From a virus (lineage: Duplodnaviria; Caudoviricetes): 52,094 bases of DNA. Position numbers and translations under genes: made by a program. Of this stretch, positions 26,018-33,540 are shown in pieces. The stretch spans positions 1 to 52,094 of the IMG/VR virus record IMGVR_UViG_3300044852_000027, one strand, 5' to 3'. Positions within the stretch are counted from its first letter, which is position 1. Every line of letters starts with the position of its first letter. Below the pieces are notes generated by a model. That model was not told where the DNA came from. It saw nothing but the letters and a program-made list of their open reading frames with translations, and made no database searches.

Positions 26018-26367
26018 GCGCCGAATATGAGGCCTTGCTGAAGGTTATGCCGCCGCGATCCTGCAACATTAACGGGTTTGACTTCGGCGTTGTGATTCGC
26101 GAGTTTATCGCTAGGGATGCTGCGTTGCGGGAAGAGCTGGCCCAAAAGGATGTCGTGATTGAGGACATGCTTCAGTCGAACAGCGATATGACGACGCGCC
26201 TGACAGCCGCCGAGCAGCGGAATGCGGCACTCACGGCATTGCTCCAGCGCGTTGTTGATTCATCGGTGCTGAGCTTTGAGCAGGACGCCCCGGAAGATCT
26301 TGAATCCCTGGAAGCGGATATCTGCGCAGCTATCGCCAAACCCACCGAATCGGGAGCAAGAGAATGA
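26014..26367 (+). CDS. Hypothetical protein
   Basis: RLTAAEQRNA and KPTESGA motifs typical of Pseudomonas prophage accessory genes. Confidence 0.7.
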   Translation: MSAEYEALLKVMPPRSCNINGFDFGVVIREFIARDAALREELAQKDVVIEDMLQSNSDMTTRLTAAEQRNAALTALLQRVVDSSVLSFEQDAPEDLESLEADICAAIAKPTESGARE

Positions 26368-26558
26368 GCTGCGAAAAATGCACAGACCCCGATGGCGGGC
26401 CATGCTTCCCGCTTTATGGGCTTGGTCCGCACTACCGCCCGAGTGAGGGCGGGACTGTTTTTGAAGAATCACAACAGGCTGAAGGCTTTACGCCCAGCGA
26501 AGAAGAGCCAGGTATGGGTGTCTGGTGGTGCCCACATTGCGGAGATGGAAAGCCATGA
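26364..26558 (+). CDS. Small Zn-binding protein
   Basis: CEKC...C..YG..PH and WCPHCG. Confidence 0.65.
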   Translation: MSCEKCTDPDGGPCFPLYGLGPHYRPSEGGTVFEESQQAEGFTPSEEEPGMGVWWCPHCGDGKP

Positions 26559-27241
26559 CCAAAGATAAAACCGTAACCATGTCGCGGGAGCTGGAGATCC
26601 TTGAGGAAATCAACGCGGCGGCAAATCGACAGGCTTGTTTTGAAGTTCAGCGCCTAACTGATGAGTTGCGCTCTCTGCTCGCCACCCCTGTCGTCGAGCG
26701 GCAGCCGGTATGCAAAGCCTGCAACGGAAGTCGATGGGTTGACAATCTAAGGCCCGTTGGAACACCTGCGGCTGAATGCTTGGCATGCGCCTCGCCGCCC
26801 GAACTCGCCGAACTGCAAGCCACCATTGCACGGCTGACGGCGGAGATTGAGGACTGGAAACAAGGCTCAAAAGCCGAGGCGGATGCGGGCGACGAAGCCC
26901 GTGCGGAGGTTGCTTCGCTCAAGGCCGAAATCGAGCGGCTGAAGGGTGGGCAGGGTGAGCCGGTGGCGTGCGCTACGTGCAACGGTTCAAAGATCGTTGA
27001 CGATGGCGAGCTGACACACTCAAGCGGCGGCATTCCTTACGAGAACGGGCCAATCAAGTGCGTAAAGGATTGCCCGGATTGCGCCTCCCCGCCCGCGCCG
27101 GTAGACCAGCTACAAGCCCTCAAGGATGCTTACGAGTGGGGCTACAGCGACGGCCAGAACAACCCGAACGGCTACAGCAGCAAGGATGAGCGCGACCATT
27201 GCGCGGCCCGTATCATGGAGGGCGGAAGCCATGGCGATTAG
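26555..27241 (+). CDS. Modular protein with two Zn-ribbon modules
   Basis: ERQPV-CKACNG..CLAC-ASPP and GEPVA-CATCNG..CPDC-ASPP. Confidence 0.7.
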   Translation: MTKDKTVTMSRELEILEEINAAANRQACFEVQRLTDELRSLLATPVVERQPVCKACNGSRWVDNLRPVGTPAAECLACASPPELAELQATIARLTAEIEDWKQGSKAEADAGDEARAEVASLKAEIERLKGGQGEPVACATCNGSKIVDDGELTHSSGGIPYENGPIKCVKDCPDCASPPAPVDQLQALKDAYEWGYSDGQNNPNGYSSKDERDHCAARIMEGGSHGD

Positions 27242-27674
27242 CACCGAGGAATTCATCCGCTCCCGAGCAAAGCTAAACTGGTCGCGCGCAATGGTCGCGG
27301 ATGCGCTCGGGGTTGATTATCAAAAGTTCTTAGGCGTGGCGCGGCTGATGCCTGGCGTAGTCTGGCCAGGACCTAACGAGTCAGTCGTTAAGCGCCAGTC
27401 GGCGGAGTCGCGCAAGGGGGTTTGCACGCCAGGACTACACAAGGCGGCAGCCATCGCCCGAGAGGCCCGCTACAGCCGCGCAAAGAAACATGTAATCGGC
27501 AGCTTTACCGGAACAACAAGGGAGGCCTTCGACTTCTGGCGGGACCAGATCAGCGTCACCTACTGCCAAGTGCGGCGCCGACTCGCCAAGGGCGTCAACA
27601 CGCTTGACGCCTTTTTCAAACCTAACGAAACGCATCTAGGATGGGGGCAAAATGGCAAGTTCTGGCGTGATTAA
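27231..27674 (+). CDS. HTH-containing hypothetical protein
   Basis: WSRAMVADALGVDY; GGAGG RBS. Confidence 0.65.
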   Translation: MAISTEEFIRSRAKLNWSRAMVADALGVDYQKFLGVARLMPGVVWPGPNESVVKRQSAESRKGVCTPGLHKAAAIAREARYSRAKKHVIGSFTGTTREAFDFWRDQISVTYCQVRRRLAKGVNTLDAFFKPNETHLGWGQNGKFWRD

Positions 27675-27858
27675 GTACCTCGTCGAGTTCCCCGGTCAAT
27701 ACGGCAATCCGGCGCGCGAGATCGAATGCAGCATGGATCGCTTCGGCGCATGGAAAACCGAGACGGGCGGTCATATGCCGCCGCCGAAAGAGGTTGCGCA
27801 CGGGTTCTATATCCGGCTAATCTGCGCTCCTCAATCGGTAGTGGATGCGTACAAGTGA
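27652..27858 (+). CDS. Hypothetical protein
   Basis: ORF in operon. Confidence 0.5.
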   Translation: MASSGVIKYLVEFPGQYGNPAREIECSMDRFGAWKTETGGHMPPPKEVAHGFYIRLICAPQSVVDAYK

Positions 27859-28511
27859 AACAGAAAGAGGTTATGGAGCGTTGGGGCTTGCCGTTCGCTG
27901 ATGTCGCCCTCTCTGCCGCCGCTAACGGGCTGTCGATGCGGGACGCGGCCAGGGTTGTCGATATGTCGTACAACCATTTTCGAGAGATAGCCCTCTCGCT
28001 AGGGATCACTCAAGAGTTCGAATCGAGCTACAAGCTCTCGTCTATCGCGGCCCAATACAAGGAATCGGCGTGGGCCGTTATAGGTCGCATGGCCGACAAG
28101 GGCATGACGCGCAAGGCGGTAGCGGCCGAGCTTGGGTATAACGAGTCGCGGTTTAACGCCATGCTGGCGGCTAACCCTGGCAAGGATCCTTTCCCATCCT
28201 GGCTCAAGGCTGCCGCGTACGTCGCGGAATCCGGAGAGACCATTGTCTCTGCGTCGCGCCGACTCGCCGCCGAGGGAAAGACGGCCAACGGTGCCGCACG
28301 GATCATCGGCTACGCTAACGGAGCGGGGCTGTTGGAGGCGCTGCAATCCAGGGGCGTCAAAATAGAGTTCGCACCCCCTCCTGTCGCCGCACCTAAGGTC
28401 AAGAAGGTGAAAAGGCTGTGGGTCGAGAAGGGCGGACCCAAGATGGAGACGTGGCGGCAGCGACAGGAACGGGAATACAGACAATGGGCGGTAAGCAATG
28501 AACGAGTTTGA
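27855..28511 (+). CDS. Protein with three tandem HTH-like repeats
   Basis: GLSMRDAARVV, GMTRKAVAAELGY and GKTANGAARIIGY. Confidence 0.65.
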   Translation: MKQKEVMERWGLPFADVALSAAANGLSMRDAARVVDMSYNHFREIALSLGITQEFESSYKLSSIAAQYKESAWAVIGRMADKGMTRKAVAAELGYNESRFNAMLAANPGKDPFPSWLKAAAYVAESGETIVSASRRLAAEGKTANGAARIIGYANGAGLLEALQSRGVKIEFAPPPVAAPKVKKVKRLWVEKGGPKMETWRQRQEREYRQWAVSNERV

Positions 28512-28701
28512 CCTCGCAAGACTGGAGCGAACGAAGCGCCGGATCGTCAGCGACCCTAACCGGTCGAGCGCCGAGGGTCCGTCACGGTGGCCGAGCCAGT
28601 GCCACGACTACGGCCCTCGCGAGCCACAACACACGCCAGAACGCCGCGCGGCTATTCGTGCGGCAGTCGATAAGATCGGGGAGCGGATTAATGGGCATTA
28701 A
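28498..28701 (+). CDS. Hypothetical protein
   Basis: ORF in operon. Confidence 0.5.
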   Translation: MNEFDLARLERTKRRIVSDPNRSSAEGPSRWPSQCHDYGPREPQHTPERRAAIRAAVDKIGERINGH

Positions 28702-28882
28702 CTGGTATCGCGGCAAGTCGCGGCAGCGTTATCACGCGCTACCTATCGGCTCCAGTAGAGCGCTGTGCGGCCGTTGGTGGCTCTCTCGCAACATGCATCG
28801 AGTCCGAAAAGACTTGCCCGCAGATGGCGACATCTGCAAGACTTGCGCCGACATTAACGATAAACGGAGTAAAACCGCTTGA
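28691..28882 (+). CDS. Small Zn-finger protein
   Basis: YHA...ALCGRW...ICKTC; GGAG RBS. Confidence 0.55.
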   Translation: MGINWYRGKSRQRYHALPIGSSRALCGRWWLSRNMHRVRKDLPADGDICKTCADINDKRSKTA

Positions 28883-29355
28883 GCATCTACGCAAAAGACG
28901 TCAGTCATATCAAGACCCTGGACCCGTACCGCTTGCAGGAGCTGTACAAGATGCACCCGTGCGCCGAGCACGTCGTCAAGAAGCTGCTAGTCGCTGGCGA
29001 ACGCGAGGGCGGCAAGGATCTCGACACCGATATCAGTGACTGCATCCGCACGCTGTCCCGCTGGCAAGCTATGCGGGCGGAGGATGCCGAGAGCGCACCA
29101 GTATCTCCAGGGATCGACGCAACCTCCGTCAATGGCAAGCAGTTCGTCAGCCGGTACGACTGGAGCAAGGCGCTAGCGTGGGCGAGTTTCGCCGCGACCG
29201 ACGCTAACGGGGTGGTATTCTGGTATGCGGAAAAGCCCCATATCGACAAGGCTGGCGCTTGCTGGAATATTCACGGCGACGGCCAATATTATCTCGTTGA
29301 CAATGTCGGCCCTTGCGCGGAATGGCGCAACACGCTGGAGGCTCGCCCGCAATGA
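28879..29355 (+). CDS. DUF3310-like (T7 gp1.7 nucleotide-kinase-like) domain fused to a conserved phage domain
   Basis: HVVKKLLVAGEREGGKDL..DI and YDWSKA..W...ATD.NG..FWY..KP. Confidence 0.55.
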   Translation: MSIYAKDVSHIKTLDPYRLQELYKMHPCAEHVVKKLLVAGEREGGKDLDTDISDCIRTLSRWQAMRAEDAESAPVSPGIDATSVNGKQFVSRYDWSKALAWASFAATDANGVVFWYAEKPHIDKAGACWNIHGDGQYYLVDNVGPCAEWRNTLEARPQ

Positions 29356-29813
29356 GCGACGAAAAACTCAACAACGCCTACAGCCAGCGTAACGCCCTGG
29401 CGGTAGCATTCGTCAAGATGGCATTGCTCCAGGGTTGGCCAGCCGGGCGCGGTCTCGACGGCCGTATCGAAAACGACATGGAATGGCGGCACGTCATCTA
29501 CGTCGATCTCCCGAGCGGCGCGCAAGTGTCGTGGCATATGTCGCCGGACGATGTCAAGCTTCTTGACGGACTGCCGTGCTATCGCGAGGAGTGGAACGGG
29601 GAGTGGACGGCGAAGGATGTCGATTGGATCAAGTTGCTGGATGCCAAAGCGGAGCCGGTTGAAGGCCTTCACGAGTTCGCGTCGCGCGTCTTAACCGGGT
29701 TCGCCCATCGGCGCTGGCTCATTGAGGCGAACAAGCTTGAGATGGATCCTGACGTCTTGCCCGACGTGAAGGACCGCATCCTTCGCGGATACGCAACCGC
29801 CTGGAGCAAGTAA
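29352..29813 (+). CDS. WDGH-like domain protein
   Basis: AY.QRN.L, IYVDLPSGAQVSWH and EWNG. Confidence 0.55.
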   Translation: MSDEKLNNAYSQRNALAVAFVKMALLQGWPAGRGLDGRIENDMEWRHVIYVDLPSGAQVSWHMSPDDVKLLDGLPCYREEWNGEWTAKDVDWIKLLDAKAEPVEGLHEFASRVLTGFAHRRWLIEANKLEMDPDVLPDVKDRILRGYATAWSK

Positions 29814-29815
29814 GT

Positions 29816-29843
29816 TTGACACCCTCAAAAACCCCTGTATTAT
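29816..29843 (+). promoter_or_regulatory. Promoter of the RNA operon
   Basis: TTGACA-N16-TATTAT. Confidence 0.65.
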
Positions 29844-29849
29844 CCGTCG

Positions 29850-30050
29850 GGCAAGGGGCGAAAACGAAAAGCAGTCATTGACCGCAGGCCTTTACGCGAG
29901 TCGTTGGACATCGACTATAAATAGACAGGACTGGCAGCCGGAATAGACGGCAGTTATGCCCGAAGGGGCGCAGGACAGGATTAAAGCGGCATCCTGCTAA
30001 AACAATGGCTGTCAATCGTCTGACGAACTGAAGACGCTAATAAACGAGTC
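29850..30050 (+). ncRNA. Putative structured non-coding RNA (GGA-rich)
   Basis: no ORF in track; 10-bp closing helix 29871-29880/30003-30012 enclosing several hairpins. Confidence 0.5.
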
Positions 30051-30052
30051 AA

Positions 30053-30128
30053 GCCTTTATAACTCAGCGGCTAGAGTGCTCCCCTGTCTAGGGAGAAGCC
30101 ACCGGTTCGAATCCGGTTAGAGGCGCCA
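30053..30128 (+). tRNA. tRNA-Asp(GUC)
   Basis: full cloverleaf, TTCGAAT T-loop, loop CTGTCTA, G discriminator, encoded CCA. Confidence 0.9.
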
Positions 30129-30133
30129 TTTTC

Positions 30134-30204
30134 GCGGGTACATGCAGGGCATTAGCCAGCCTTCCAAGCTGTCGACGAGAGTTCGATTCTCTCTATCCGC
30201 TCCA
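30134..30204 (+). tRNA. tRNA-Gly(UCC) with truncated D-arm
   Basis: GCGGGTA/TATCCGC acceptor stem, CTTCCAA loop, TTCGATT, U73-CCA; only 71 nt. Confidence 0.75.
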
Positions 30205-30212
30205 GATTTACC

Positions 30213-30302
30213 GGTTAGCTGGCAGAGCCAGGACTATTGCAGCGCGTTGCTAGCGCGCAGGGTTTAAAAGCCCCGAAGGTTCGAATCCTTCGCTAACCGC
30301 CA
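30213..30302 (+). tRNA. tRNA-Ser(GCU)
   Basis: long variable arm, loop TTGCTAG, G73-CCA. Confidence 0.88.
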
Positions 30303-30379
30303 CAACAAAGCCCCTCGCCTATTCCGGCTGCCTCGGTAAAGGAATCCGCTACGAGGGCACTATCTCCGGCAGCACCCTT

Positions 30380-30407
30380 AACCCGCCCTAAACCAGCGGG
30401 TTTTTTT
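30380..30407 (+). terminator. Intrinsic terminator of the RNA operon
   Basis: aacccgc...gcgggttttttt. Confidence 0.75.
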
Positions 30408-30451
30408 ATGCGTGGTATTATTCGGCCATACGAACCTAACCGAGATTCACC

Positions 30452-30787
30452 ATGAGCTTAGACAAAAACCCGGAGACGTGGATTGCCATTTGGTCCGGCT
30501 TGTCCGAGCCAGTTAAGGCGGCGGCGTTTAGCCTCGCACTGGGGGCATTGATGGCGGCAAGACAACAAGACGGGCGCAGCTTCACCAAGAAGTCAATCGA
30601 GGTCGCTACAGGGGCCTTGCTGGCCTCGGCGGTCGGTTATATGTGCCACCTTGCCGGATTGCCGTCCTGGGCAGTGTGGGGGGCCAATGGCGCCGTTATC
30701 ATCATGGGCGTAGACAAGGTCCGGGCTGTCGTCGACTTCGGCGTTGACAAGTACATTTACAAAAAGGAGATCGGCAAGGATGGCTAA
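30452..30787 (+). CDS. Holin (lambda S-like)
   Basis: MSLDKNPETW start, three hydrophobic segments, IMGVDKVR, charged C-terminus. Confidence 0.75.
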   Translation: MSLDKNPETWIAIWSGLSEPVKAAAFSLALGALMAARQQDGRSFTKKSIEVATGALLASAVGYMCHLAGLPSWAVWGANGAVIIMGVDKVRAVVDFGVDKYIYKKEIGKDG

Positions 30788-31238
30788 GCACGCATTCAGC
30801 AAGGATAACCAGCCTAACGGCCACCTGCGCGGGAAGCGCGGACCGGAGAAGCGGACCCTTATCCTTGACGCGATCCGCCGCGCACTGCCTGAAGCCCTTG
30901 ACGGCGTAGATGCGGAGGCCGCGTTTTATGACGTCATGGTTCGTCGAGCGCTCAACCTTCACGACAAGGACTCCGGCCAGCTCCTCAAAGAGCTATTTAG
31001 CCGCCTGGCGCCGTCGGACAAGAGCACGCTACCCGCTATCGAGTTCCCTTTCCGCGAAGGCGGATCGCCCGCCGAAAAGATCGAAGACGTACAGAGCGCC
31101 GTTGCGGCCGGTATCCTGCCGGTCGACATGGGTAACACGATGGTCTCTATGATCGTCGCTGGCATCAAGGTTTTCGAAGTCACAGAGATGGCGGAGCGAC
31201 TGGCGCGCATCGAGCAAGCGCTCAATGGCGAAGCCTAA
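30780..31238 (+). CDS. terS: Terminase small subunit
   Basis: FSKDNQP..RGKRG N-terminus, E..ERL.RIE C-terminus; directly upstream of TerL. Confidence 0.8.
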   Translation: MAKHAFSKDNQPNGHLRGKRGPEKRTLILDAIRRALPEALDGVDAEAAFYDVMVRRALNLHDKDSGQLLKELFSRLAPSDKSTLPAIEFPFREGGSPAEKIEDVQSAVAAGILPVDMGNTMVSMIVAGIKVFEVTEMAERLARIEQALNGEA

Positions 31239-32790
31239 AAAGCTAACCGGCAAATATCTCGACGAGCTGGAACGCCGCGTAAAGGCCAAGACCGGGACCG
31301 TTGAGTCTATGGTCATTGGCCTTGTCGACCGCCACCTAAACCCGTCACGCATCGTCCAGATGGTCGGGCGGCAGGTCATGGACGTCGATAAGGTTCCGCA
31401 AATCCTGATGCCGGAAATTTTCGGCGACTTCCTTTACCCGGCAATGATTAAGGTCGCCAGGGGCGGCCGTGGCTCGGCAAAGACTCAATCCTTTATTCGC
31501 ATCATCCTGGCAAGGATGCAGGCGAGCCGGACGCACGTCGGATGCTTTCGCGAGATCCAAAAGTCTATTGCGGATTCGATCAAACAGACCATCGAGACCA
31601 TCATCGAGGACATCGGTCTTCGCGATCAGTTCTATATTACTGACAAAGAAATCAGTCATATGGCGACCGGGTCCAAGATGGTTTTCGCGGGCCTGTACCG
31701 GAACGTTACCAGCGTCAAGGGCATGGACTGGATCGACATAGCATTTTGCGAGGAGGCCGAGAATATCTCGGAGGCCTCGTGGAACGTCCTTGTGCCGACG
31801 CTGCGTAAAGACGGCGCCGAGCTGATGGTCTGCTATAACCCGAAAAACGTCTTGGACGCTACCCATATGCGGTATGGGCCAGGGGCGTGCAAGGCGTATA
31901 CGGATGAGACGCGGGTCAAGCGCTACGCCATCACCAAGCAAATCAACTACACCGACAACCCGTTCTTTACCGAAACGTCCCGCATGCAAATGGAGGCGAT
32001 GAAAGAAGAAGACGAGGAGCTTTATAACCATATCTGGCTGGGCATGCCGAACGCGGACAGCGAGCAAGCCATCATCAAGCCGTCATGGATACAGTCGGCC
32101 GTTGACGCCCATATCGCCCTGGAGTTCGAGCCGGAGGGCGCTCGCAAGGTTGGCCAGGACGTCGCGGACGAAGGCAAGGACACCAGCGCGCTCTGCTTTA
32201 CACACGGCTCCGTCGTGCTGGACATGGACGAGTGGAAAAAGGGCGATACCGATTTTACCGCGACCAAGGCCTACCACTACGCCACCGAGAACGGCGCGGA
32301 CATGCTGGTTTATGACAGCATCGGCGTAGGCGCTGGCGTGAAGGCGACGCTTAACCGCTTGCGCGTGGCCGAGGAGGAAAACGGGTACGTCGAAGGGTTC
32401 GCCATCTACGGGTTCAACGCTGGCGGCGGAGTAGTCCATCCGGATCATAACTACATGGTCGGCAAGACTAACGGCGATATGTTCCACAACATCAAGGCGC
32501 AGGCATGGTGGAACTTACGCGACCGGTTCTACAAGACGCACCGGGCAATCCACGATGGCGCCGTATACGACCCGTCAGAGCTGATTAGCCTGTCGTCTGA
32601 CCTGCCGCACCTTGATAAGCTGATGGCCGAGCTGTCGCGCCCACGGGTCGACTACGGCGACACCGGCAAGGTGAAGGTCGAGAGCAAGAAGGACATGGCG
32701 AAGCGGCAGATCCCGTCGCCCAACCTTGCCGATGCCCTGGTTATGTGTTTCGCCCCGGTCGCCCCGCAGGTTATGGGTATTTTGGTCTAG
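31225..32790 (+). CDS. terL: Terminase large subunit (PBSX-like)
   Basis: GGRGSAKT, FREIQKSI, CEEAE, PTLRK, NYTDNPF, GQDVADEGKD and SPNLADA. Confidence 0.95.
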   Translation: MAKPKKLTGKYLDELERRVKAKTGTVESMVIGLVDRHLNPSRIVQMVGRQVMDVDKVPQILMPEIFGDFLYPAMIKVARGGRGSAKTQSFIRIILARMQASRTHVGCFREIQKSIADSIKQTIETIIEDIGLRDQFYITDKEISHMATGSKMVFAGLYRNVTSVKGMDWIDIAFCEEAENISEASWNVLVPTLRKDGAELMVCYNPKNVLDATHMRYGPGACKAYTDETRVKRYAITKQINYTDNPFFTETSRMQMEAMKEEDEELYNHIWLGMPNADSEQAIIKPSWIQSAVDAHIALEFEPEGARKVGQDVADEGKDTSALCFTHGSVVLDMDEWKKGDTDFTATKAYHYATENGADMLVYDSIGVGAGVKATLNRLRVAEEENGYVEGFAIYGFNAGGGVVHPDHNYMVGKTNGDMFHNIKAQAWWNLRDRFYKTHRAIHDGAVYDPSELISLSSDLPHLDKLMAELSRPRVDYGDTGKVKVESKKDMAKRQIPSPNLADALVMCFAPVAPQVMGILV

Positions 32791-32833
32791 GCGTAAAAAA
32801 GCCCCGGTTAAGGGGCTTTGGTTGGCGGGATAG

Positions 32834-33025
32834 TTAAACCTGTTCGCCGAACCAGATCGCGTACTCTGCCGCCTCCGTGGTGAACTGGTAGCCGTAGGCC
32901 CGGAGAACCATTTGCATGTTCTGAGTGTCGCGGGTTTTGACGCTAAGAGCGAATGCCTCGTCCGCCATCATCTCAGAAACCTTTTCGCGCGGCAGGAGTG
33001 GGCGGTCTTGTGTTTTGTCGGTCAT
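32834..33025 (-). CDS. 63-aa cassette protein
   Basis: own promoter; leader 27/29 identical to that of 17279; bidirectional terminator 32795-32820. Confidence 0.75.
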   Translation of the reverse strand: MTDKTQDRPLLPREKVSEMMADEAFALSVKTRDTQNMQMVLRAYGYQFTTEAAEYAIWFGEQV

Positions 33026-33059
33026 CTCGTCTTGCTCCGTTGTTCGTTTCGATGGACCG

Positions 33060-33098
33060 ATTCTGTCAAATCACTAGACAGCCGTCAACCACTTTTTT
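33060..33098 (-). promoter_or_regulatory. Repeated sigma70-type promoter with operator
   Basis: minus strand TTGACG-N17-CAGAAT containing TTGAC-N4-GTCTA-N5-TTGAC. Confidence 0.8.
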
Positions 33099-33154
33099 AG
33101 CTGAAACTATAAATTGTTTGTCGTCGCCGCTCATGGCATGATCGACGCTCAATT

Positions 33155-33490
33155 ATGGAGACACCGACCGCAATGACGATTCTCAAGAAAACCTTTATGA
33201 AGCGCGCCGAGCTGGACGCCTTCCTTGCCGAGCTGCCGCCCCTGGCTTTCCAATCCATTCTCCATGGCGCGGCCGTAATGACGCTGTCCTGGCGCACCCT
33301 AAAGCTCGTGGCGAAAGGCGATGCGCTTGACGGGCAATTCAAGAAGGGCGGACGCTACGAGGTCAAGCGCGAGACGGACCATCATTATTTGATCCGTGAC
33401 GAGGGCGGCCGGATGATCTCAATCAACCGCTATACGCTGTACTCGCCTGGGCATCTGCTGCATTTTAATTATGAGGAGGCCGCCGCATGA
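33155..33490 (+). CDS. Hypothetical protein
   Basis: GGAG RBS suggests a start near 33173; terminator 33514-33540. Confidence 0.6.
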   Translation: METPTAMTILKKTFMKRAELDAFLAELPPLAFQSILHGAAVMTLSWRTLKLVAKGDALDGQFKKGGRYEVKRETDHHYLIRDEGGRMISINRYTLYSPGHLLHFNYEEAAA

Positions 33491-33540
33491 TCGGAGTAGG
33501 AGAGGGTTAAAGCAAAGGCGCCATTACGGCGCCTTTTTTA

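Noticed and set aside
30017-30040. CTGACGA as a hammerhead ribozyme core
   Set aside because: No stem II followed by GAAA and no stem III; it folds as a simple CGTCT/AGACG hairpin.
30213-30302. Amber suppressor (CTA in the anticodon loop) and genome recoding
   Set aside because: The 5-bp stem centres GCT as the anticodon, and TAG ends several intact genes including terL and the tailspike.
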